Source: an uncultured Candidatus Bathyarchaeia archaeon (GTDB lineage Archaea > Thermoproteota > Bathyarchaeia > Bathyarchaeales > Bathyarchaeaceae). Taken from it: DNA of 64,000 bases. A program made the position numbers and the translations under genes. The notes under the pieces are model-generated. The model was not told where the DNA came from, did no database searches, and saw only the letters and a list, made by a program, of their open reading frames with translations. Positions 8,961 through 17,785 of the stretch are shown here, piece after piece. The stretch is from contig CAZUDX010000006.1 in the NCBI GenBank assembly GCA_964618695.1, forward strand, positions 91,257 to 155,256, read 5' to 3'. Within the stretch, counting starts at the first letter, position 1, and each line of letters opens with the position of its first letter.

Positions 8961-9033
8961 TCTTGACGCAAAATTTTATGAACCTTAGAAGTGAATACTC
9001 TGGATTACGAAAATTAAAGCGATTGTATAATAA
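8961..9033 (+). promoter_or_regulatory. 73-nt leader/promoter block, identical to 7440-7512
   Basis: Exact duplicate of the block upstream of paralog A. Confidence 0.6.
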
Positions 9034-9047
9034 TCGGAGGTTTTCCT

Positions 9048-9707
9048 TTGATTATCGAGATGGTCTTGTCGGGTTTTCTTTTTCTGTTTATTATAGTTTT
9101 GAATCTTGCAAGTGAGAGGTTTGGTTATCAAACATTTGATGATTTGGACTCAGACGCTAAACTGCAAAAGATCAACAAAAATCCAAAAAAAATTCAAATA
9201 AGCGTCGTGTTGATTCTGATAGAACATGTTAGCATAATCTTTCTTGCTGTAATGTTGTTTATCGCTTTCAGTCAATATAACATAATACTTGCTGTTGTTT
9301 GGGCAATCTCTCGGACAATAGAGGGCTTGATCCAAATCTACTACAAAAAAGACTATTGGGGGCTTCTCAACCTAGCAAGACAATACTCAGGTGCTAGCAA
9401 TGCTGAAAAACATTCGTTAAGCGATTTAGGTCGTAGCATTCTCAAAACAAAAAACACCGTTTTCACGTTTGCACAAATCTTCTTCTCCGTTGGTACGCTC
9501 GCGTACTCACTCCTGTTTGTTACCTATGGAGTTGTGCCAGAAATTATTGGATGGTTTGGAATTGTTGCCAGCATCATCTATGGCTCTGGTAGCGGGATAA
9601 ACCTTGTAAAACCTAACTTTAAACTCCTGTGGAGCTTCGGGGGTCTGTTAATTTTCATTTTTGAACTAATCTTAGGAGGATGGCTACTATTTTCTCCAGT
9701 AATTTAG
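9048..9707 (+). CDS. DUF4386-like integral membrane protein, paralog B
   Basis: 219 aa, TTG start, collinear with 7528..8190. Confidence 0.6.
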   Translation: MIIEMVLSGFLFLFIIVLNLASERFGYQTFDDLDSDAKLQKINKNPKKIQISVVLILIEHVSIIFLAVMLFIAFSQYNIILAVVWAISRTIEGLIQIYYKKDYWGLLNLARQYSGASNAEKHSLSDLGRSILKTKNTVFTFAQIFFSVGTLAYSLLFVTYGVVPEIIGWFGIVASIIYGSGSGINLVKPNFKLLWSFGGLLIFIFELILGGWLLFSPVI

Positions 9708-9894
9708 TACATCATAACCTTCGGGAGGTGAAGAAATAGATATTGAAATTGCAACTTTGATTGCAGGGGTATTGATAATGATAGGAGCTATTATCGCAGG
9801 GGGAGCAATCTATGCTGGACTAGAAAAAATAGCCGATGCAATAAATAAACAAAAATAAATGTTTTTGCTTAATTTGGAACTTGCCCGAATACGG

Positions 9895-9934
9895 CTTGTT
9901 GGAGGTGGGGCTAAATTTTGACCCCAAACCCAAG
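9895..9934. repeat. palindromic repeat family A copy
   Basis: CTTGTTGGAGGTGGGGCTAAATTTTGACCCCAAACCCAAG. Confidence 0.65.
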
Positions 9935-10401
9935 TATTTTAATGTGTAAAAATGGTATGTTAGCCGTCAGAGGGAAAAATTTGTCGAATACACAGAAAAA
10001 GGAAAAAACTCTTTCCAGAAGAAGCCAAGTAACTGCCTAAGCTCACATTTCAGCAATCACTCAAAAAAAGGAAGTAAATAGATGTTCAAGCAAAAATGGA
10101 ATAAAAGATTTGACACAGCTTCCATTAGGAAGAACAGTTGCGATACCTAAAGGATTTTTTCCTAGACTATTTAGAACACCGAATCTATCACAGCTTCTTT
10201 TTCATGTAATATTCAAGAACATATTTACTGATGTTCATAGGGTAAGGGTAAATTGGTACTCTTTCATTTTTTTGTTTCTTTTTCAAGTTTATGCACGACT
10301 CCATCAACTATATAGTGAGATATAGTCACTTTGATGCGCACATAGCCAGAGTTGCTTTGAAAACGAGTGGAAGACCTTCTTTGACCCGATCTTTCCAACT
10401 C

Positions 10402-11532
10402 TTAAAGCAACCTGAACGACTGCATTGTGGTGCGCGCGCAATCGTTTCCAATTAATGTCTGGTAGAGATCGTATATTCTGTCTATGTTTTTCTCAAAGGT
10501 GAAGTCAAATCTCTTTCTCAGAACGTTTTCTTGAACCTTTTTCAGTAAATCTTTCTCTGATAACTTGTGTGGCAACGTTTTCAAGTCAGCGATGATTATA
10601 CCAACTCCGTATTTTTTTATGAAATTTTTTTGTGCCTCATGAGGAAAAGATAGTGAGGGTAAGCCGCATGAAAGGTATTCCATCGTTTTGTTTGGTAATG
10701 CTACATCCATATGTGGTTTGTTTTTTGTATCGTTAAATCCTGCCCAGCCAAAATCATATTTTGTTATCTCCTCAAACAACAGCCTTGGATCTAAATGGTC
10801 ATGATAATGAATGTAACTATTTTTTTCAGCCAAGTCTTTGTAATCTAAGTTTGGGTTTGCTGCGTATATGTGAAGGTGCAGTTGATGACTAGCAATATCT
10901 TCGAATATTTGTGCTAAATCATAGTGGTCGCCATTAAAACTTGAAAGGCTGCCTTCATAAACAATGTGCACTTGACCATCCTTCTTTGATAGTTTCTCTT
11001 TGAAAGATTTTGGCATCATGGATTCTGACATGTAGTTGTGGAAAACTATGTCTTCTTTCGATCCATATTTTTCCGAGATATACTCCAACATTTCCTCGGT
11101 GACGTGTATCCTAGCGTCGCACTGCTCGTTTGCAATCTTCTCATTCTTCAATTGCTTCTTTACATTATTGCCTGAATAAGCACCCGGAGAGTATGGTGTT
11201 TTCCGGAGAGAGATAGTATCTTGGTTCTCATGTATAATTGGTGTGTCATCGACCGCTCTTATTGCAGCGACCGATAAGTAATCGGGGGCGTTATGGCTGT
11301 GTATAAGATCGATGTGAAACCTCTTCGTCGCCCTCCTTATATCACTCTCTAAATTTTTTAGGTCCAGTTTGACGAACTTGGTGAAGTATTCATCGCCGTA
11401 TCCATAGTATTTGGTTAAGGTGTTGCATGTGTAGCCGTGAATGATGTTGACATCAAATCCCGCATTCTTAAACGCCAGTGCATACTTCAAACTTCGTATG
11501 CCCGGCTGAGGCCGTAGAAATAAAATATTCAC
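10402..11532 (-). CDS. glycosyltransferase (GT-B fold, GT1/GT4-like)
   Basis: 376 aa, GTG start. N-terminal MNILFLRP...IH.HN.PD and C-terminal ...E....G.P....P pattern typical of group-1 glycosyltransferases. AT-rich. Confidence 0.65.
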   Translation of the reverse strand: MNILFLRPQPGIRSLKYALAFKNAGFDVNIIHGYTCNTLTKYYGYGDEYFTKFVKLDLKNLESDIRRATKRFHIDLIHSHNAPDYLSVAAIRAVDDTPIIHENQDTISLRKTPYSPGAYSGNNVKKQLKNEKIANEQCDARIHVTEEMLEYISEKYGSKEDIVFHNYMSESMMPKSFKEKLSKKDGQVHIVYEGSLSSFNGDHYDLAQIFEDIASHQLHLHIYAANPNLDYKDLAEKNSYIHYHDHLDPRLLFEEITKYDFGWAGFNDTKNKPHMDVALPNKTMEYLSCGLPSLSFPHEAQKNFIKKYGVGIIIADLKTLPHKLSEKDLLKKVQENVLRKRFDFTFEKNIDRIYDLYQTLIGNDCARTTMQSFRLL

Positions 11533-11931
11533 TAATTTTCACTTCTTAATTTGTGTTTTGCATAATAGGAGAACCGCCCGACACGCGCGCGAAATTGAAA
11601 ACTTCCAAGTAAATGAAACTAGAAGATAGCCAACTAGTTCTCCATATCACAACAGAATTGGAATTTGGCACATTTAAGAGTTGTCACGATTCGCACACAT
11701 TGATAACAATATAAAATTCACTTCCTAAAAACACCGTTTGTTAATAGGAAGAACCGTAATGTCTTATTCAACACTAGATCTGTGCTCATCAATGCGCGCG
11801 CATTTTGTTGGTTTCAAAAGTGTATTAATTGGGTCAGTCAGGTATTAAATTTTTGAATATGAAAACCTTGGAAACACATCCTTTTGGTAAAATCTTTGAA
11901 GTGGCATGTTTTTATCTTGAAAAAATAGATT

Positions 11932-12867
11932 TTAGAGGTAGATAATAAATTGGAGACGTTCAACTAGTTCTTTGTAACGGTTTCTTATGGTTACTTCTGT
12001 TATTTGGGCAATCTCTGCAATCTCTCTTTGTGTTTTTCTTTCTCCAGTTAATACGGAGGCAATATAGCTAACTGCTGCAGCAATACCTGCAGGTCCTCTT
12101 CCTGAAGTAAGTCTCAACTCTTTGGTTACAAAAAAAATCTTGTGAGCAAGCTCTTCAGTATTTCCATCCATTGTTATCTGATTAGAGAATTTAGTTATAT
12201 ATTGGCTAGTTTTTACTGGTGGAATAAAATAGTCGAGTTTGTTTAATAGGAAACGGAAGCATCGTCCAACCTCTTTTTTGTCTACTGTTGAAGCCTTAGA
12301 GATATCTTCTAAAGTTCTTGCTAGTCCACATTGTCGGCAAGCCACATAAATAGCAGCTGCTGTTACTCCTTGAATACGCCTTCCACGTATGAGACGTTTC
12401 TTGACTGCTTTTCTATAAATAACGGAAGCGGTTTCTATGAGGTTCTTAGGTAAATTGAGCTTATTTGCTATCTTTGATATTTCAGAAAGTGCGATTGCAA
12501 GGTTTCTTTCCCTTGCATCAGAAACTCGAATTCGTTTTTGCCACTTTCTTAACCTATAAATTTGAGCCTTCTGACCGTGAGGGAATCTTTGACCATGGAC
12601 ATCTCGATCATGCCAGTCGATCGTAGTAGAAAGACCCTTATCGTGAATTGTAAATGTGACTGGAGCACCAGCTCGTGCACGTTTTGCACGTTGCTCGTCA
12701 TCAAAAGCTCTCCATTCAGGTCCTTGATTTGCCAGTTTTGTGACAACTACATAACCACAACCCATGCACACGATTTCAGCAGAATCATAGTCTTTCATTA
12801 AACGACTGCTTCCACATTCTGGGCACCCTCGAGAGGTAGGAGATAGTTGTATGTTTTCTTTTTTCAT
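11932..12867 (-). CDS. tfb: transcription initiation factor IIB (TFB)
   Basis: 311 aa. N-terminal Zn ribbon CPECGS...CMGCG, B-reader, and two cyclin-fold repeats with the G.R......AA.IY.ACR pattern. Confidence 0.95.
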   Translation of the reverse strand: MKKENIQLSPTSRGCPECGSSRLMKDYDSAEIVCMGCGYVVVTKLANQGPEWRAFDDEQRAKRARAGAPVTFTIHDKGLSTTIDWHDRDVHGQRFPHGQKAQIYRLRKWQKRIRVSDARERNLAIALSEISKIANKLNLPKNLIETASVIYRKAVKKRLIRGRRIQGVTAAAIYVACRQCGLARTLEDISKASTVDKKEVGRCFRFLLNKLDYFIPPVKTSQYITKFSNQITMDGNTEELAHKIFFVTKELRLTSGRGPAGIAAAVSYIASVLTGERKTQREIAEIAQITEVTIRNRYKELVERLQFIIYL

Positions 12868-12975
12868 TTTTTCCCTTCTATATAGTCCAACTTTGGAATG
12901 GATTACATATAGAACATGATTGACTAGCTATTCTGATGGGGGGTTATTAATGTATGGTTCACAGATACATAGGGC

Positions 12976-13025
12976 GTGTTTGGGTTTGGGCTAAAATTTA
13001 ACCCCACCCAACCCCAACCCAAACG
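12976..13025. repeat. palindromic repeat family A copy with extended C-tract arm
   Basis: GTGTTTGGGTTTGGGCTAAAATTTAACCCCACCCAACCCCAACCCAAACG. The minus strand reads GGGTTGGGGTTGGGTGGGG, four G-runs. Confidence 0.7.
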
Positions 13026-13033
13026 AAGAATAA

Positions 13034-13633
13034 TTAGCGTTTGCGTTTCTTGAAGTAACCTAATGATACCACTATACCAGCAGCTACAATTGCCACAACG
13101 ATTGCAATTAGTTCAGTTGAAAAGGACAGATTTTCATTGATGTTTAATGTTTGGTAGTTGCTCCAACTACTTGTTACTCCCTCAAATGCATATACTGTTC
13201 CATTCTGGATATTGGTTGGATATTGATTTCCAACAAGTGCAATTGCTTGAATGTCTATTTGTCCACTTGGAAAAGTGTGACCCTCTAAAGACAATGATAC
13301 TACAGTGAATTCAGAGTCAGATGCCTCATGATAGCCTCCATAAGTTGAAGGAAGCACATAATATGGTGGGTCGTAATCCCAGTAACCTTCCTCTGTGTAG
13401 TGGTCTTTGAATCTAAACATGTAATAAAGATTTGGATAGCTACCGTTTTCATAGGAAGTCAATGGTTGATTCTTGATTGTTACCTCTATAGTAGAAGCAA
13501 AGGCTTTTGCGGTGAAATCTGGAACAGAAGGCTCAGATATTGATTGAGCAAATTCAGACCCAACTATCATTAGGCTTGACAATATTAGAACGACGATGAG
13601 CGATAGACCTACAAGCTTACTCACACTTGTCAC
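13034..13633 (-). CDS. secreted protein with N-terminal signal/anchor and C-terminal TM plus basic tail
   Basis: 199 aa. Hydrophobic N-terminus LVGLSLIVVLILSSLMIVG. C-terminal LIAIVVAIVAAGIVVSLGYF followed by KKRKR. Confidence 0.55.
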   Translation of the reverse strand: MTSVSKLVGLSLIVVLILSSLMIVGSEFAQSISEPSVPDFTAKAFASTIEVTIKNQPLTSYENGSYPNLYYMFRFKDHYTEEGYWDYDPPYYVLPSTYGGYHEASDSEFTVVSLSLEGHTFPSGQIDIQAIALVGNQYPTNIQNGTVYAFEGVTSSWSNYQTLNINENLSFSTELIAIVVAIVAAGIVVSLGYFKKRKR

Positions 13634-13683
13634 TGCAATAATACCGTTTCCGTGTGATTAAAGGGTTCTCATTCATATTTGTC

Positions 13684-13712
13684 GTTGGGTTTGGGGGGTT
13701 AATTTTTAATCC
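13684..13712. repeat. palindromic repeat family A copy
   Basis: GTTGGGTTTGGGGGGTTAATTTTTAATCC. Confidence 0.6.
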
Positions 13713-13768
13713 TGCCGCCTATTCCTGTTGCGTATGTGTTAAGAGCCAAGAAACTTGGCAGAAACACA

Positions 13769-13866
13769 TCATATTAGGAGACTAATAACAGCAGTATGTT
13801 GAAAACAGTATTTTTTCAGAAATTTCTCGCACTAAAAAGATAGGGGTTACCTAAAAGCTAAATTAC
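13769..13866 (+). repeat. intergenic repeat family B, copy 2 (~98 nt)
   Basis: TCATATTAGGAGACTAATAACAGCAGTATGTTGAAAACAG...TTTTTTCAGAAA...GTTACCTAAAAGCTAAATTAC. Confidence 0.7.
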
Positions 13867-13913
13867 CGCCTTTTCTATTTTAACGATAAAATGTGTTTCG
13901 CCGAGGCTAGCTG

Positions 13914-16367
13914 ATGAAGTCTTTCCCCAAAAAATTCAATTTACTTGAGATCGAAGAGAAGTGGCAACAAAAATGGGAAGAAATGGGCATATACTGTTTT
14001 GACAGAAAAGACGTGACCCGCCCAGTCTTCACCATAGACACTCCTCCCCCATACCCATCCGGCAATTTTCACATGGGAAACGTCCTCAACTGGACCTACA
14101 TAGACGCCCAAGCCCGCTACAAACGCATGAGAGGCTACAATGTCCTCTTCCCACAAGGCTGGGACTGCCACGGACTCCCCACAGAAGTCCAAGCCGAAGA
14201 AGCCTACAACATCAAAAAAACCGACCTGCCCCCAGCAGAATTCATCAAACTCTGCAAACAATTCGTCAGCAAATACATCGCCGTAATGAAAAAAGCCATT
14301 ATCCGTCTCGGCTGCTCAGTAGACTGGACCACAGAATACCGAACCATGGACCCAAACTACTGGAAACGCACCCAACTCAGCTTCATCCAACTCTACAAAA
14401 AAGACCTAATCTACAAAGGCACCCACCCGATAAGCTGGTGCACAAGCTGCGAAACAGCCATAGCAGACGCAGAAGTTGAACATGAAACCAAAGAAGGTAC
14501 CCTACACTACATCAAATTCAAACTAGACGACAACAACCACCTGCTCATAGCAACAACCCGCCCCGAACTGTTACCCGCCTGCGTCACAGTAGCCGTCAAC
14601 CCAGACGATCAACGCTACAAAAAACACATTGGCAAAAAAGTGTGGGTTCCAGTCGCCAACAGAAAAGTCACAATAATCCCTGACAGGCTCGTTGACCCCG
14701 AGTTCGGAACCGGAGTCGTCATGATCTGCACCTACGGCGACAAAGCAGACGTAAAAGTCGTCACCGAACACAAACTATCTCCCATAATACTCATAGACGA
14801 AAGAGGAAAAATGAACAAAAACGCAGGGAAATACGCTGGACTAACAACCAAAGAAGCAAAAAAAGCCGTGGTCGCAGACCTAGAAAAAAAAGGTCTACTA
14901 GAAAAAACGGAGAAACTCCGTCAAGAAGTCGGAACCTGCTGGAGATGCAAAAACCCCATAGAAATCCTAGAACATGAACAATGGTTCATGAAAACCCGCA
15001 TCCTAACAGACCAAGTAAAAAAGAACACCATGGAAGTCACATGGTACCCAGACTACATGAGAAAACGCATGATAGACTGGGCAAACAGCCTAGACTGGGA
15101 CTGGGTAATCTCACGCCAAAGAATCTTCGCAACCCCAATCCCCATATGGTACTGCAAAAAATGCAACGAAACAATCTTAGCAGAACCTGAATGGGTTCCA
15201 ATAGACCCAAGAACAGACAACCCAAAAATCGACAAATGCCCAAAATGCGGCTTCACAAAATTCACTCCAGAAACAGACGTCTTAGACACTTGGTTCGACT
15301 CCTCCATCACCTGCGCAGTCCACGCAGGATGGCCAGACAACAAAGACTGGCACCGACTATACCCCGCTGACGTCCATCCCTCAGGATACGACATCATACG
15401 CACATGGGCATACTACCTCATGGTCCGCCACCTCGCCCTCTTCGACGAAAAACCCTACAAAAGCGTCCTCATCAACGGAATGGTTCTCGGAAGCGACGGC
15501 AGAAAGATGAGCAAATCCCTCGGCAATTTCGTAGCCACCCCAGATGTCTTCACTAAATACGGCGCTGATGCTCCCAGACAATGGGCAACAGGCGGAGGAG
15601 CCACAGGATCAGACATTCCCTTCCGCTGGGCAGACGTCGAATATGCATGGAGATTCCTCAGAAAACTCTGGAACGCAGCCCGCTTCGCCAGCATGCACCT
15701 ACAAGACTACGATCCCAAAGAAAAAGGAGAGCTCACCCTCATGGACCGCTGGTTACTGAGCAAGATGGAACGCGTCACCCAAAAAATAACTGCGGCCATG
15801 GAGAACTGCCAATTCAACATAGCCACTGACGAAATCAGAAACTTTACTTGGCACAGTTTCTGCGACCAGTATATTGAGGCTGTGAAACATAGGCTGTATC
15901 AACCCGAGAAGTATGGCAGAAAAAAGAGAGAGGCTGCACAATACACGCTTTACGTTGCGATTTATCGGATTCTCCAGCTTCTAGCTCCCATTTCTCCACA
16001 CCTAGCCGAAGAAATATACCAAATCATGTATGCGGACGAAAAGAAACATGAAAGCATCCATGTCTCTTCGTGGCCTGTTACACAAAAGGCAAAGATTGAT
16101 GAAGAAACAGAGAAGAAAGGTGACCTTGTCGCCGCTGTAATAGGAGAAATTCGCAGAGACAAAGCGGAGAGCAAAAAACCGTTGAATGCGTCCATCCAGA
16201 AGCTAACGATTTACTCAGCAGACAAGGAGAAAACACAGGTTCTGAATCAATCAGAGGAAGACCTTGTTGGAACCTGCAAAGTAGAGAAGCTAGAGATAAA
16301 AACAGCCAAAGGAAAAGGAAAAATAGTTCAGGGCTATCCTGATGTCCGTTTTAGCGCAGAATATTAG
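13914..16367 (+). CDS. valS: valyl-tRNA synthetase
   Basis: 817 aa class I aaRS. PPPYPSGNFHMGN (HIGH), KMSKS at GRKMSKSLGN, WCTSCETAI editing/CP1 region. The archaeal ValRS-like N-terminus is followed by FPQGWDCHGLPTE. Confidence 0.9.
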   Translation: MKSFPKKFNLLEIEEKWQQKWEEMGIYCFDRKDVTRPVFTIDTPPPYPSGNFHMGNVLNWTYIDAQARYKRMRGYNVLFPQGWDCHGLPTEVQAEEAYNIKKTDLPPAEFIKLCKQFVSKYIAVMKKAIIRLGCSVDWTTEYRTMDPNYWKRTQLSFIQLYKKDLIYKGTHPISWCTSCETAIADAEVEHETKEGTLHYIKFKLDDNNHLLIATTRPELLPACVTVAVNPDDQRYKKHIGKKVWVPVANRKVTIIPDRLVDPEFGTGVVMICTYGDKADVKVVTEHKLSPIILIDERGKMNKNAGKYAGLTTKEAKKAVVADLEKKGLLEKTEKLRQEVGTCWRCKNPIEILEHEQWFMKTRILTDQVKKNTMEVTWYPDYMRKRMIDWANSLDWDWVISRQRIFATPIPIWYCKKCNETILAEPEWVPIDPRTDNPKIDKCPKCGFTKFTPETDVLDTWFDSSITCAVHAGWPDNKDWHRLYPADVHPSGYDIIRTWAYYLMVRHLALFDEKPYKSVLINGMVLGSDGRKMSKSLGNFVATPDVFTKYGADAPRQWATGGGATGSDIPFRWADVEYAWRFLRKLWNAARFASMHLQDYDPKEKGELTLMDRWLLSKMERVTQKITAAMENCQFNIATDEIRNFTWHSFCDQYIEAVKHRLYQPEKYGRKKREAAQYTLYVAIYRILQLLAPISPHLAEEIYQIMYADEKKHESIHVSSWPVTQKAKIDEETEKKGDLVAAVIGEIRRDKAESKKPLNASIQKLTIYSADKEKTQVLNQSEEDLVGTCKVEKLEIKTAKGKGKIVQGYPDVRFSAEY

Positions 16368-17635
16368 GGTGCGGCTTTGTAACGTAGAATCGCTGCGATT
16401 CCGCCAAAAGAATTCTTCAGCATCTGCCCCTCTTCTGTTTCGCCGGACAAAATCTCCACGTCCACTCCCGTCTCTTCAGCCAACTCGGCTAATTCGTCGA
16501 TAAGTTCTTTTGTGTCCACAACAGAGACTGTTGGAACACTACATTTCGGACACGAACTTCCGCTTAGACTCTGCTCAAACTCTGCAATCTCATGCCTCTT
16601 CATAGTCTCTTGTTTGGTGTAGTCGCAAGATGAGCATTTCACGGTGACCCGCATTAAGTCGAGGTCCTCAGAAAGCAAGAGAGTCTTCACAATTCCCGAT
16701 TTCAGGTATTTTCGCACATCATTTTCGCCGTAGGTTACTAAGCCCGTGTCATGGCCTATCTCTTTGAGGAATTTTTGCATGATTTTCTTTTCTTCAACGT
16801 AACGGATGCGCCGCAGGATTTCGTGAGAACGTTCCACAGTTTCCTCTACTCCTTGTTCACCCACATAGGAAGTGTCGATGGTGGCTACGACTTTTTCTTT
16901 TAACGTGTAATGGAGGTAGTTTCCTTTCTGAAAATCCTCTTTTGTGGGTCCAGGTCCTCCTATGATTAAGCTCTTCAGGTTTTCCATGTCGAGAAAGATT
17001 TCGTTGGCGTGTTCTCCCACTCGTTTGAAGTAATTCTGCAGCTTTGCTTCTCTCTGTCTGTCGAACCTTCTGGCAGATTGTCCTCCTGCCCGAAACTTTC
17101 CGGGAACCCCAGACGTGATTTTTTCTACTATGTCAAGGCGTTTGCCTCGGAGAGTAGCGTAGGTTGCGCCTGAAGCGTCTAACACGATGATTCCATATGT
17201 TTCTTTTTCCTTCAAGAATTCTTGGAGGTATTCGGTGTGGAATCTGGCATCGCAGCGGTAGAGGTAGACCTGAATGGGTTCTGGCGGAGACAACACGTAG
17301 GTTTCGATCTTTTCGCTTCCTGGACCGTTCTGGGGGATTGCTCCGCAGAAGATCACTAAACCGTTTTCGGGCACCTTCCTGAAGAGTTTGAGGCGTTGAG
17401 TTACTTTAACAATGGCGTCTTGAACGTTTTTTCTGGTGGTTGTGGATTTGATGTTTGAGGCAGTTCCGTACTCGTTGTTGAGCATGGCAACCGCTTCGCT
17501 GATTTGGCGCCCCGGAGGCACATACAATGAAACGAGTTCTGTTCCTCTGCCTTCTTTAGAGGCAAGCCTCTCCAAATCCCGTTTCAATCGAAATCGCTGG
17601 AGAGACGTCCGTTTGTCACTCAATGTTTTCTTCAC
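16364..17635 (-). CDS. prf1: peptide chain release factor aRF1
   Basis: 423 aa with the NIKS motif (TASNIKS), the GGQ motif (RAGGQSARRF) and the eRF1 three-domain layout. Confidence 0.92.
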   Translation of the reverse strand: MKKTLSDKRTSLQRFRLKRDLERLASKEGRGTELVSLYVPPGRQISEAVAMLNNEYGTASNIKSTTTRKNVQDAIVKVTQRLKLFRKVPENGLVIFCGAIPQNGPGSEKIETYVLSPPEPIQVYLYRCDARFHTEYLQEFLKEKETYGIIVLDASGATYATLRGKRLDIVEKITSGVPGKFRAGGQSARRFDRQREAKLQNYFKRVGEHANEIFLDMENLKSLIIGGPGPTKEDFQKGNYLHYTLKEKVVATIDTSYVGEQGVEETVERSHEILRRIRYVEEKKIMQKFLKEIGHDTGLVTYGENDVRKYLKSGIVKTLLLSEDLDLMRVTVKCSSCDYTKQETMKRHEIAEFEQSLSGSSCPKCSVPTVSVVDTKELIDELAELAEETGVDVEILSGETEEGQMLKNSFGGIAAILRYKAAP

Positions 17636-17785
17636 TCTTTGATTGTAGAGCTAACAATGTAACATAACTGATAAAAGTTGTCTTTAGTGGTTCTGTAAAG
17701 GTCTTCGATTGCGGGACTTTGGTCAAGAAATCTTGACAAAAACGCTTTTATTTTTTCAACTAATAAACTGGAACAGGGTCCAAAA

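Noticed and set aside
5837-13712. Whether the repeated GGGTTAAA..TTTAACCC elements form a CRISPR array
   Set aside because: The copies are irregularly spaced (hundreds to thousands of nt), separated by genes, variable in sequence and internally palindromic with long G/C tracts. No cas genes are present.
5699-13866. Calling the pyk-valS block a mobile element
   Set aside because: No integrase, transposase, tRNA-adjacent att site or exact terminal repeats were found. It is therefore reported only as a compositionally distinct accessory block.
16364-16367. Overlap of the convergent valS and aRF1 stop codons (TTAG)
   Set aside because: This is real but trivial. A 4-nt tail-to-tail overlap is common in compact genomes.
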